From assembly GCA_016840085.1 (NCBI GenBank), contig JAEOTA010000056.1, positions 1-64,000 on the forward strand: a stretch of 64,000 nucleotides of DNA, given 5' to 3'. The stretch comes from Promethearchaeota archaeon (lineage in GTDB: Archaea; Asgardarchaeota; Lokiarchaeia; Sigyniarchaeales; SOKP01). Under the pieces are notes generated by a model. That model worked only from the letters and a program-made list of their open reading frames with translations. It had not been told where the DNA came from and did not search any database. A program made the translations under genes and the position numbers. Shown here piece by piece: positions 19,549 to 28,456 of this stretch. Positions within the stretch are counted from its first letter, which is position 1; every line of letters starts with the position of its first letter.

Positions 19549-21450
19549 ATGAAAAATAAAAAAATTTTAATAGTGTTAATACTCCTTATTTTAAATTTTA
19601 GCTTCGTGTTTCAGAAATATAACACTATTAATACAGTTCAAGAAGAATGCGACAAGAAAGAAATAAACCCTATATTATCTTCTAGTATTTCTATTGCATA
19701 CGAATGGAATAGGACATGGGACGGAGGTATTAATGATGAGGATTTGGCTTATGGAATCGTATTAGATACATCAGGTAATATTTATCTTGGGGGATATACA
19801 TACAATAGTGTGAGTTATTATGACATATGTGTGGTAAAATTTAACAGCTCTGGTGACTACCAATGGAATAGCACATGGGACGGAGGTATTAATGATGATG
19901 ATTGGGCAAATGGAATAGCATTAGATCCATTAGGCAATATTTATCTTGCGGGAGTTACCTATAATACGGTAAGTGATTACGACATGTGTGTAGTAAAATT
20001 TAATAGCTCTGGTGATTATCAATGGAGTAGCACATGGGATGGAGGTATTAATGATGATGATAGGGCAAATGGAATAGCATTAGATTCATCAGGTAATATC
20101 TACCTTGCGGGATCAACATATAAACTTGAGAGTAATCACGACATGTGTGTAATAAAATTTAACAGCTCTGGTGACTATCAATGGAATAGCACATGGGATG
20201 GAGGTATTAATGATGATGATTATGTTTATGGAATAGCATTAGATTCATCAGGTAATAATATCTATCTTGCAGGTGAAACCTACAACAGTGTGAGTCGTCG
20301 CGACATGTGTGTAGTAAAATTTGATGACTCTGGTGATTATCAATGGAGTAGCACATGGAATGGAGGTATTAATGATAATGATAGGGCATATGGAATAACA
20401 TTAGATTCATTAGAAAATATCTTTCTTGCGGGATACACAATAACTCCAGCAAGTTATTACGACATGTGTATAGTAAAATTTGATGACTCTGGTGATTATC
20501 AATGGAATAACACATGGGATGGAGGTGTTAATAATTGGGATTTAGCTTATGGATTAGTATTAGATTCATTAGAAAATATTTTTCTTGCGGGCTTTACAAT
20601 AAATCCAGCGAGTGGTCTAGACATGTGTGTAGTAAAATTTGATGACTCTGGTGATTATCAATGGAGTAGCACATGGGATGGAGGTTTTAATGATGAGGAT
20701 GTAGCTTATGGAATCGCATTCGATTCATCAGAGAATATCTATCTTGCAGGATATACACATAAACCAGGGAGTTATGACGACATGTGTTTAGTGAAATATA
20801 ATTCAGCACCAAAGATTAAGATTAATACACCAATCCAGAATAATTATTATAGCATAATTGCCCCAAATTTTGAGATTTCTATTCTTGATTCAGAGTTAGA
20901 TACTACGTGGTATACTTTAGATGAAGGGACAACAAACATTATATTTAGTGGATCAATAGGCAATATTAGTCAAGCAGAATGGGATAAAAAAGGCGAAGGT
21001 TTAATTACTATTAATTTCCATGCAAATGATTCTATAGGCCTTGAGGGAACTTCAGGGGTATCTGTCTATAAAGATATAACGGCTCCAACCTCATCAATAT
21101 CTTTTACACCGCATAAAGGAACTAATATAGTGAAAAAATCAACCAGCTTCAATCTAACTGCTGATGATGGACAAGGTTCAGGCGTTGCTTCGATTATGTA
21201 TAAAATTAATGATGGGGATTGGACTAATTATAGCGATCCATTTGATTTATCTGATTTTAAATCCGGCAATCATAATATCTCATATTATTCAATTGACAAA
21301 GTGGGCAATATGGAAAATATAAACTCACAACTAGTAAAAATACCTGGACCAGGCGTAATCCCTGGATACAACCTTTTACTTGTGATAAGCTTAATTTGTG
21401 TAATTTCAGTTGTTACTATTAAATATCGAAATAAAAGTCTAAAGAAATAA
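19549..21450 (+). CDS. Secreted/surface seven-bladed beta-propeller (SBBP-like) protein with Ig-like domains and IPGY-TM-basic tail anchor
   Basis: Signal peptide, seven 53-aa repeats, Ig-like domains, then IPGY + hydrophobic helix + KYRNK. Confidence 0.88.
   Translation: MKNKKILIVLILLILNFSFVFQKYNTINTVQEECDKKEINPILSSSISIAYEWNRTWDGGINDEDLAYGIVLDTSGNIYLGGYTYNSVSYYDICVVKFNSSGDYQWNSTWDGGINDDDWANGIALDPLGNIYLAGVTYNTVSDYDMCVVKFNSSGDYQWSSTWDGGINDDDRANGIALDSSGNIYLAGSTYKLESNHDMCVIKFNSSGDYQWNSTWDGGINDDDYVYGIALDSSGNNIYLAGETYNSVSRRDMCVVKFDDSGDYQWSSTWNGGINDNDRAYGITLDSLENIFLAGYTITPASYYDMCIVKFDDSGDYQWNNTWDGGVNNWDLAYGLVLDSLENIFLAGFTINPASGLDMCVVKFDDSGDYQWSSTWDGGFNDEDVAYGIAFDSSENIYLAGYTHKPGSYDDMCLVKYNSAPKIKINTPIQNNYYSIIAPNFEISILDSELDTTWYTLDEGTTNIIFSGSIGNISQAEWDKKGEGLITINFHANDSIGLEGTSGVSVYKDITAPTSSISFTPHKGTNIVKKSTSFNLTADDGQGSGVASIMYKINDGDWTNYSDPFDLSDFKSGNHNISYYSIDKVGNMENINSQLVKIPGPGVIPGYNLLLVISLICVISVVTIKYRNKSLKK
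19699..20805 (+). repeat. Seven intragenic tandem repeats of about 159 nt
   Basis: Recurring 'acatgggatggaggtattaatgat' and 'gacatgtgtgtagtaaaattt' units, all in frame. Confidence 0.95.
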
Positions 21451-21595
21451 ATACAATTTTTTTTCTATTTTTTTAATGAATATTTCTTTTCAAAATTATA
21501 ATAGTATGGTCATATCGAAAGAAAATATACTAATGAAACATGGCTTATTTAATGGCATAATCTAAGATATCAAAATACAAAAATAAATTCTCTTC

Positions 21596-21824
21596 TTAGA
21601 AACAATTTGCAAATTCTTGTCTTAAAATCATCTTATATTCCGGATCTCTTTCTTTGAAGGGAATTTTTTCCACTACCAGAATAAATATCAATTGATTTAT
21701 GAGATTTAAACATTTTAGTAAAAGGAATGATAATCTGAGAGAAATCTGTACTTTTTTCTAAAACAATTTTATCCGGGCGTACAATGGATTCTTGAGAAAA
21801 CTTATCTAATTTTCCAGAACTCAT
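21596..21824 (-). pseudogene. Frameshifted IPF/DIY-family gene (copy 5)
   Basis: Reads MSSGK...IIIPFTK...DIYSGS, then one extra G near 21671. The shifted frame continues EKIPFKERDPEYKMILRQEFANCF*. Confidence 0.85.
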
Positions 21825-21839
21825 TTTAATATCACTTCC

Positions 21840-22295
21840 TTATTCTTTTACAATTAATTTTCCTCTTATTTGGAGTTTAATTCCAAGTTTTTCTAATTTA
21901 TTTCGATATTCAAATATAATATCTCTCAGAATTTTCTTACTGATTTCTAGTTGTTCTGCCAAGATGTTAAATTCTATTTCATTGAATAGTTCTGAATACC
22001 TTACTATTTTCTGAACTTAATCTTGTATAACTTGATCATAATCTGCTATTTCGATTTCTCTTGTAATATCATTTAATCTAAATTATATTTGCAAGTACAT
22101 TAAGCTTCTCCGTCTAATTATATAAATTTTTCATAATAAGGGATGCTCCATCGAAGAAAAATTCAATTTTCTTTAGTAATTTTAAATTCTCAGAAATAAT
22201 CTTCTATTCTAACTTCAGATGATTTAGAATTAGCCAGTTTTTTAATTATCCTATCATAAAAAATATCCAAATAAACCACATGAACTACTGGTTTA
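21840..22295 (-). pseudogene. Degraded paralog of the RHH/wHTH regulator at 22777-23238
   Basis: VVYLDIFYDRIIKKLA (near 22230-22280) matches TVKLDDFDHRVINKMA. LAEQLEISKKILRDIIFEYRNKLEKLGIKLQI matches LADHFDVPNKIIKKIIFTHSKEIKKVGLNLKL. There is an internal TAA at 22017-22019 plus indels. Confidence 0.75.
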
Positions 22296-22478
22296 AAAAA
22301 TAATTTATCAATTCTTTCTGTCAATCAGAATAACTAAAAATAGAATTGAAATTTAAGTCTTTTTAATCAATAAATCTAAGAAAAGTTATGTGTAATTTTT
22401 AGAATCTGTTATCATTTTCAACTGTTTTTTGTTCTAGCGCTGGTACTTTAAAAAAAGTTAAAAATGTAAGGCCAGATA

Positions 22479-22754
22479 TTAAAGAGTAGGAAATTTTATA
22501 ACTGATTTATAGACCTTAAATTCAACTTTTAAGATATTGGCAAACTCTTGCCTTAAAATCATTTTATATTCAGGATCTCTTTCTTTAAATGGAATTTTTT
22601 CATTTCCAGAATATATATCAGAGGTTTCATATTTCCTAAAGAGTTTTGAGAAAGGAATGACAATTTCAGAAAGATTCAAATGCATTTCAAAGATTTCTTT
22701 TTGAATTTTTTCATCAAATGTATTAAGTAATTTATTTGAACTCATAATGCTCAA
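22479..22754 (-). CDS. Small protein, IPF/DIY family, copy 6 (likely start ATG 22745)
   Basis: LSEIVIPFSKLF...DIYSGNEKIPFKERDPEYKMILRQEFAN. Confidence 0.85.
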   Translation of the reverse strand: MSIMSSNKLLNTFDEKIQKEIFEMHLNLSEIVIPFSKLFRKYETSDIYSGNEKIPFKERDPEYKMILRQEFANILKVEFKVYKSVIKFPTL

Positions 22755-22776
22755 TCTTTAGTTTATTTTATTTGAC

Positions 22777-23238
22777 TTAAATTTTAAATATTTGACCTTC
22801 TTTTAATTTTAGATTTAAACCTACTTTTTTAATCTCTTTACTATGTGTAAATATAATTTTTTTAATTATTTTGTTAGGAACATCAAAATGATCTGCTAGA
22901 TCATCAATATCTACAACTTCGACTATTTCAAAAAACTCGGGAAGCTCTTTAATAATATCCTTCTCAATTTTTCGTAATGTCTTATCTAAAGCTAAACTTG
23001 CAGATTCAGAAAAAATTTCATCTGAAATCTCCTTTATATCTACTCCATAATTTTTCTTTAGTAAATCAGGATTACTTTCAATCCATTGATGAACTATATT
23101 TCTCATACTATTTGAAAGAGATATATTTCTATTGGTAGCCATTTTATTTATTACTCTATGATCAAAATCATCTAATTTGACAGTAATTCTTGTTTTTTTC
23201 TCTTCAATATCCTCTTGATTTGTAGATTCAGATGGCAT
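22777..23238 (-). CDS. Putative transcriptional regulator: N-terminal ribbon-helix-helix plus C-terminal HTH/winged helix
   Basis: RITVKLDD...INKMA..RNISLS..MR.IV..WI fits a CopG-like pattern; IDDLADHFDVP is HTH-like. Confidence 0.7.
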   Translation of the reverse strand: MPSESTNQEDIEEKKTRITVKLDDFDHRVINKMATNRNISLSNSMRNIVHQWIESNPDLLKKNYGVDIKEISDEIFSESASLALDKTLRKIEKDIIKELPEFFEIVEVVDIDDLADHFDVPNKIIKKIIFTHSKEIKKVGLNLKLKEGQIFKI

Positions 23239-23319
23239 TCTTCTAATCCGACAAAATTAACCAGTTGAGATATAAATGATCATTAAAGTATATAAATATT
23301 TGCATTCTTGATTCGAAAG

Positions 23320-23337
23320 TGCATCGATTGTGATGCA
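23320..23337. promoter_or_regulatory. Inverted repeat TGCATC-N6-GATGCA in the divergent promoter region (candidate operator)
   Basis: Perfect 6-bp arms. It is flanked by TATA-like boxes at 23289-23296 (minus strand) and 23342-23349 (plus strand), with a second palindrome TGAATTAATTCA at 23350-23361. Confidence 0.5.
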
Positions 23338-23428
23338 TAAATTTAAATATGAATTAATTCAATAATATCTTAATAATATCAAAATGACACTACGATATTA
23401 CTAACATTTAAAAAAGAATTAGGATTCT

Positions 23429-24079
23429 GTGTGTAAAATGTTAGAACTCTATACCCCTAATTATGAAGTAATAAGTACCAAAGAACGAATAACCATTGAT
23501 TTAATAAAAGATGGTCAAGAATTCTTGGAGCAATTTGACATTAACCATGAATTTTTATTAGATACTGTTTCCTTAGTATATAGATATTTAAGGATCAATG
23601 AGAAAATTCCCCATAATTTATATAAATTCTTTGTGGCTGCATATTACATAATAACCAGACATCCATATAATTTTCCTGTTCATGAAACTAAGAGTGAACT
23701 TTGTCAGAAATTTGGCTTACAGGTGAGTTCTTTAGAGTATTGCGTAGAAAAGATGATTAACTCATTGAATTATATTAAATTATTAGATGATTCGAATTTC
23801 CCATATTTTGTTGATCCTGAACGAGACATTCGGTTAAATCTAACAAAAAGTATTACGAAGAAGAAAGTTGATAAAGCGATGATGAATTTTCTACTCTATC
23901 ATCAACCAATAAACTCGCAAATCCTTACTGAAGAGTTAGTACATGAAATAATTTTTGAACAAAAAGCGTTTCCAGAGGAACTTTTCCGTCAATTATATGA
24001 AATAATAATTGAATTCGTTGAAAAGCAATTTATAGACTATAATGAATATGCAAAAATGCAACAAAAATATTTTATATAA
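23429..24079 (+). CDS. Hypothetical protein with a TFB/cyclin-like helical repeat
   Basis: VAAYYIITRH...TKSELCQKFGLQVSSL...EKMINSL resembles the TFB core repeat pattern AA.LYIA.R....T..E.A....V....L. Confidence 0.5.
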   Translation: MCKMLELYTPNYEVISTKERITIDLIKDGQEFLEQFDINHEFLLDTVSLVYRYLRINEKIPHNLYKFFVAAYYIITRHPYNFPVHETKSELCQKFGLQVSSLEYCVEKMINSLNYIKLLDDSNFPYFVDPERDIRLNLTKSITKKKVDKAMMNFLLYHQPINSQILTEELVHEIIFEQKAFPEELFRQLYEIIIEFVEKQFIDYNEYAKMQQKYFI

Positions 24080-24127
24080 ATATCTGAATTGATACTAATT
24101 TAGAATTAATAACAATCTAAAGAAAAC

Positions 24128-24967
24128 CTATTTCTTTTTTATTATATATCCGCATTGTGGACAAAAATTTAAATGCTCAGTTATTTGCATACCACAAAAT
24201 TTACATCTAAAAGAAAATGTTTTTGGTTCCGCTTCTTTGGGTTCGGAAAATGATGAAATTGGGTCTGATTGGATAATCGAGGTAGTTTGAGGTTTTATAT
24301 CCTTTTGTTCTGTGATTGATGGAACTGTTTGTAATTTTCTATCTGTATCTTGATGAACCTCAATAATAGCTTTTAAAGCTTTTTCATTAATTTTATCTTC
24401 TTTAGCATCTAAATTGATTGGAGTGGGTTTTGTTTTTTTAAACTTTGGTATAATATCTTTAGCTATAGGCTTTAAAGGAGGTACCAGGTCTTCTACTGGA
24501 ATTGTTTGCCTTTTATCAATATATTCTTCAAAATCATTTTTAGTAGCTTTTCTTAAACTGTACCGATTCCCACAAATCTCGCAAAAATCTCTAATTGTAT
24601 CTGTGAAATTCTTGCAGTTATCACAAATAAAAGGCTGAGCTTCTAGAAAGGTTTTCCTATCTTGTATTAACGGTGTTAGAAATCCCACGCTCTCTCTATC
24701 ACGATCTCTTTTTTCTTTTTTTTCTCTTTTAGGTTTAAAAGAAGAATTTTCAGTTTTAGGTTTGTAAGTAACTATATGATAATGAATTTCTCCGTTATAT
24801 AGAGTTGAATATATTTTTCCACTAGATTTCAATTCATTTAAGATTTTTGTGAGATGTTTTTTGCCATATTTTATCTCATTAGAAGGTAATATAAAATTAT
24901 CTAATCTTTTCTTCAAAGCATTAACTGAAAGTGCTTTTCCTTGATATTCTTTCAAGTAATTAAGCAA
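24128..24967 (-). CDS. Zinc-ribbon domain protein with possible N-terminal winged helix
   Basis: CDNC..CEIC and CKFC..CPQC ribbons joined by a low-complexity linker. Confidence 0.7.
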   Translation of the reverse strand: MLNYLKEYQGKALSVNALKKRLDNFILPSNEIKYGKKHLTKILNELKSSGKIYSTLYNGEIHYHIVTYKPKTENSSFKPKREKKEKRDRDRESVGFLTPLIQDRKTFLEAQPFICDNCKNFTDTIRDFCEICGNRYSLRKATKNDFEEYIDKRQTIPVEDLVPPLKPIAKDIIPKFKKTKPTPINLDAKEDKINEKALKAIIEVHQDTDRKLQTVPSITEQKDIKPQTTSIIQSDPISSFSEPKEAEPKTFSFRCKFCGMQITEHLNFCPQCGYIIKKK

Positions 24968-25183
24968 AATATTTGCTAACTTGATTGATTTCTTAATTAA
25001 AAACCAACTTTTTTAATTGTTTTGGATATTATCTATTGTTGTTAATAGAAATGTTATTATTTAAATATTTTTCTTAGTAGTAGTCGATTTCCCATTTCAT
25101 TTATAATAGAGTAAGGATGATCTATTTCAAATTTTAAATAAATAAAAAAGAGTATTTAGAAATTCTTACTTAGAATTTTATTA

Positions 25184-25642
25184 TTATTTTCGAATTTTGT
25201 TTCCTAGTTCTTGAGCCCATGCTTTAACTTTCTCGGGATCAGTATAATCCATATCAGCATATCTTCCTCCAAAAGCTTCGGTCGCTATTGGCTTAATGTG
25301 GGGATTTTTAGTTAATTTTTTGTCTATATATTTTGTAATAGCATCATCATAGCTTTCAGGATCTCCTGCCTTACCAGAGGATAGGAAAATTGCTACATTT
25401 TTATCTTTAAAATTATTTTTTAGAAATTTATTTACTTTTCCATACCATCTTGCGATTCTAATTCCACTACCGATAATAATATTTTTATATTGAGAAAGAT
25501 CAGGTTTTGGATTTTTCTTGAGGTTAATTAAATCAACTTCAAATTCGTATTGATTCTCCAAAATCTTTGCGATTATGTTAGCATTTTCTTCTGTTACACC
25601 CGACTTTGTAGCGTATGCTATAAGGGTCTTATTTTCATTCAT
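25184..25642 (-). CDS. Flavodoxin domain protein (HemG-like)
   Basis: IAYATKSGVT, IIIGSGI and FGGR. Confidence 0.85.
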   Translation of the reverse strand: MNENKTLIAYATKSGVTEENANIIAKILENQYEFEVDLINLKKNPKPDLSQYKNIIIGSGIRIARWYGKVNKFLKNNFKDKNVAIFLSSGKAGDPESYDDAITKYIDKKLTKNPHIKPIATEAFGGRYADMDYTDPEKVKAWAQELGNKIRK

Positions 25643-25786
25643 ATTTAAACACCATTTTCAATTAATTTAAGATTTAATTTATATTAAATGGAGTCCAATT
25701 TTAGATGATATATTAAGGATCTTTCTTGATCCATAAAAATAATTCGTATAAATCTAATTTTACCTCTTGTTTCCTATTTTAAAATT

Positions 25787-26632
25787 TTATTGACCTTCAT
25801 AGAGATTTAAACTTTTTAAAATATCATTTACTTTCGAAAATAAACCGATTGTCAGAGTCAATTCTCTTTTTGACATAAAAGCCCGTTCAAATATATTTCT
25901 AAAGGCAAAATATACATTTTCTTTTTTATAATCTCTTACTTTTAATTTTTCACTTATCTCTTTTACAATTTTCAGGAGTAATTGGCGGTCTTCTCGATCT
26001 GCTAATAAAACTGGATTCTCGCCACGTCCAATATTTAAGATATTTATTTTTTTGAAAATTTCATATAAAATAATTCCACAGGCATGCGATAAATTTAATG
26101 AAGGATAACGAATACCAGTTGGAATTCTTAAAATTATATCAGCGAGGCTAATCTCTTTATTTGTTAATCCTCGAGATTCTTTTCCAAAAAGAATAGCAAT
26201 TTTTAATAATTTTTCAGAACGTGGAATATGTAAATCTTCGGGAAATATCGCGAGCCTCCTAATATTAGTATATCTCTTCCCTTTTGCTGTTGTTGCGATA
26301 ACTAAATCATATTGTCTAAGATAGTTTTTTAACTTAATAATATGTTCTTCATTATCATGAACATCAATAATTTCGGAATTCATTAAAATATCTTTCCCAT
26401 GCATAGCGAATCCTTGAGTTTTGTAACTTAAGATGTTTTCTATAGTCTCAATAGGATTAAAAATTACTAACTTTGTGAAATCGAAATTTTTCATAATTCG
26501 TGCAATAGAGCCAATATTCCCCGCATGCTCAGGCTGAATTAAAACGACTGAAATTGCCACATTTCGATAATCTTCAGCGTGATGGATTTCTTGGAAAGAC
26601 ATTAATTCTCTCTTAACTTTCTTTTTATCCAA
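25787..26632 (-). CDS. trmJ: TrmJ/LasT-family SPOUT tRNA methyltransferase
   Basis: PEHAGNIGSIARIMKNF, FGKESRGLTN and YPSLNLSHA. Confidence 0.85.
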   Translation of the reverse strand: MDKKKVKRELMSFQEIHHAEDYRNVAISVVLIQPEHAGNIGSIARIMKNFDFTKLVIFNPIETIENILSYKTQGFAMHGKDILMNSEIIDVHDNEEHIIKLKNYLRQYDLVIATTAKGKRYTNIRRLAIFPEDLHIPRSEKLLKIAILFGKESRGLTNKEISLADIILRIPTGIRYPSLNLSHACGIILYEIFKKINILNIGRGENPVLLADREDRQLLLKIVKEISEKLKVRDYKKENVYFAFRNIFERAFMSKRELTLTIGLFSKVNDILKSLNLYEGQ

Positions 26633-26767
26633 TTTAGTAATACCTCTTTTGTTTTTAAAGTTCCATAATAAGCAAATTAAATTGATGATTAAAATTTTTT
26701 TATAATCTCATATTTTAAGAAAAAAATAAAATAAAATTAAGAAATTCAGCAAATCATTAGAAAAACG

Positions 26768-27412
26768 CTATTTTAGCTGTGAGTATGGTAGAGGAAATAT
26801 TTGTACTAAACGCTCCTTTGGTGCTAATTCTCGAAGCCCCCTAAACCATTCTTTCATACCCTCAACAGCGGGTTGATAATTTTTTGGACCTATAGCTCCT
26901 TTCCATATATCAATAACTTCATTCGGATTTCCAGCGATAGGCCGCCAACTTGCAATAATTGGGAAAGTGTTTGAACCCATCTTCACGCCTTCAATGAAAT
27001 CCGGCATTTTATTGGGAGCTACCTCGAGAATTGCCATACTATAAACTTTAAGCGCTTTTTTCTGACTTTCTTCGATTGCTTTATGCAAATTTTCGGGTGG
27101 AATCGCTCCAATAGGTTCTAAAAGTCGTGTATGTCTTTCTGGAGCGAAATCTTCTAATTGTGCTGAATATTCACCCCATTGTTTATCTTGGCTAGTTTTA
27201 ATGCGAAAATCCTTTAATGCATTCATATCTTCAAACTCCAATACATGTGTCACCTGAGCGAACCACTCATAAGTGCTAAACCAAGCAGCCACCAAACATG
27301 AACCTAGACGTTTGCAAGTAGGAACCAGCAATTCTTGCGCTATCTTTATAAAAGAATCAAGAATTTCTGGTGTAGCTGGTGTAAGATTATAAATTTCTTG
27401 CAAATAAATCAT
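26768..27412 (-). CDS. NIPSNAP-family protein (two domains)
   Basis: Two alpha/beta repeats, each ending L.P..(Y)S.L. Confidence 0.75.
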   Translation of the reverse strand: MIYLQEIYNLTPATPEILDSFIKIAQELLVPTCKRLGSCLVAAWFSTYEWFAQVTHVLEFEDMNALKDFRIKTSQDKQWGEYSAQLEDFAPERHTRLLEPIGAIPPENLHKAIEESQKKALKVYSMAILEVAPNKMPDFIEGVKMGSNTFPIIASWRPIAGNPNEVIDIWKGAIGPKNYQPAVEGMKEWFRGLRELAPKERLVQIFPLPYSQLK

Positions 27413-27517
27413 ACCTTAATTTCACCTTTATTTTCTAGTTATTATGAATTTCAATTTCAAGATAAAAAATATTTTAATAAATAATTTATCTTGGAACTAT
27501 TTAAAATTAAGTTAAAA

Positions 27518-28396
27518 TCAATTCTCTAAAAAATCTATAATTATTTTATTAACCTCAGATGCTCTCGATAATGTCATAAAATGACCAGCATTTTTAATTA
27601 TTTTTAATGTGCTATTTGGAATTTTTTTAAGAATTTCATACATAGATGATTTTGTTATGAGTCTATCATGAGACGCTGCTAATAGTAGTGTTTGTTTTTT
27701 AATTTTATGCAATTTACCTAAAGTATTATGCTCTTTCATAGCATTTCCTTGATTGATGATATCTTGTGGTCTGGAAGGATTAATCTGGTTCTCTTTTATT
27801 AAAGTTTCTAAAGAAAATGAATTATAATATACTTTTTTCGGATTTGACTTTAGATTACTTCTAAATTTTTGATGAAATGTGAAATATGCTTTATTCCAAA
27901 ATGCTTTTTCTGGGGCAGTTCTTAATAATTCAATTTCCTGAATTCGATTACTTATAATCGAATCTATAGCTTCCTTTTGGTCAAATTTAGAGCTTGTTGC
28001 TATTAGAACAAGCTTTTCTACGCAATTGGGATACTTTAACACAAAATTTTGAGCTATCATCCCTCCAAGTGATCTACCAATAAGATGAGTTAATTTAATA
28101 TGAAAAAAATCCATTAGACCTTTAATATCGTCTGCAAACATTTCCATCGTATAGTGAAAATCAGGTCTATCAGACATGCCTGCTCCTCGCAGGTCGAAAG
28201 TGATTATTTTAAATCTTTTACTTAATTCTAAAACTTGAGGTTGCCAAATCTCCTTTTTTGAGCCAAATCCATGAATAAATATTACTGGAAAACCTTCTCC
28301 TTTCATTTCATAAGAAATATTAATTCCATTTGCATTTGCAAAACTCATAGTTTTAGTAAGAAATGTGTAGAAGATATAATTGAAAAGATTATACAT
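27518..28396 (-). CDS. Alpha/beta hydrolase
   Basis: HGFG, DLRGAGMSD, GRSLGG and AGH; likely start MSFANANG. Confidence 0.9.
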   Translation of the reverse strand: MYNLFNYIFYTFLTKTMSFANANGINISYEMKGEGFPVIFIHGFGSKKEIWQPQVLELSKRFKIITFDLRGAGMSDRPDFHYTMEMFADDIKGLMDFFHIKLTHLIGRSLGGMIAQNFVLKYPNCVEKLVLIATSSKFDQKEAIDSIISNRIQEIELLRTAPEKAFWNKAYFTFHQKFRSNLKSNPKKVYYNSFSLETLIKENQINPSRPQDIINQGNAMKEHNTLGKLHKIKKQTLLLAASHDRLITKSSMYEILKKIPNSTLKIIKNAGHFMTLSRASEVNKIIIDFLEN

Positions 28397-28456
28397 TTTT
28401 TAAAGATAATCGATTAATAACTCTTATTATTATAAATAAAATTTAATGCGATAGCA

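Noticed and set aside
19699-20805. CRISPR array or DGR template/variable repeat
   Set aside because: The repeats are in-frame 159-nt coding units without unique spacers. Differences are not adenine-specific, and no cas or reverse transcriptase gene is in the window.
21655-21680. Programmed frameshift at GGA AAA AAT in copy 5
   Set aside because: The A6 run is also present in intact copy 6. The lesion is one extra G and the upstream partner gene is also decayed, so a pseudogene or sequencing error is simpler.
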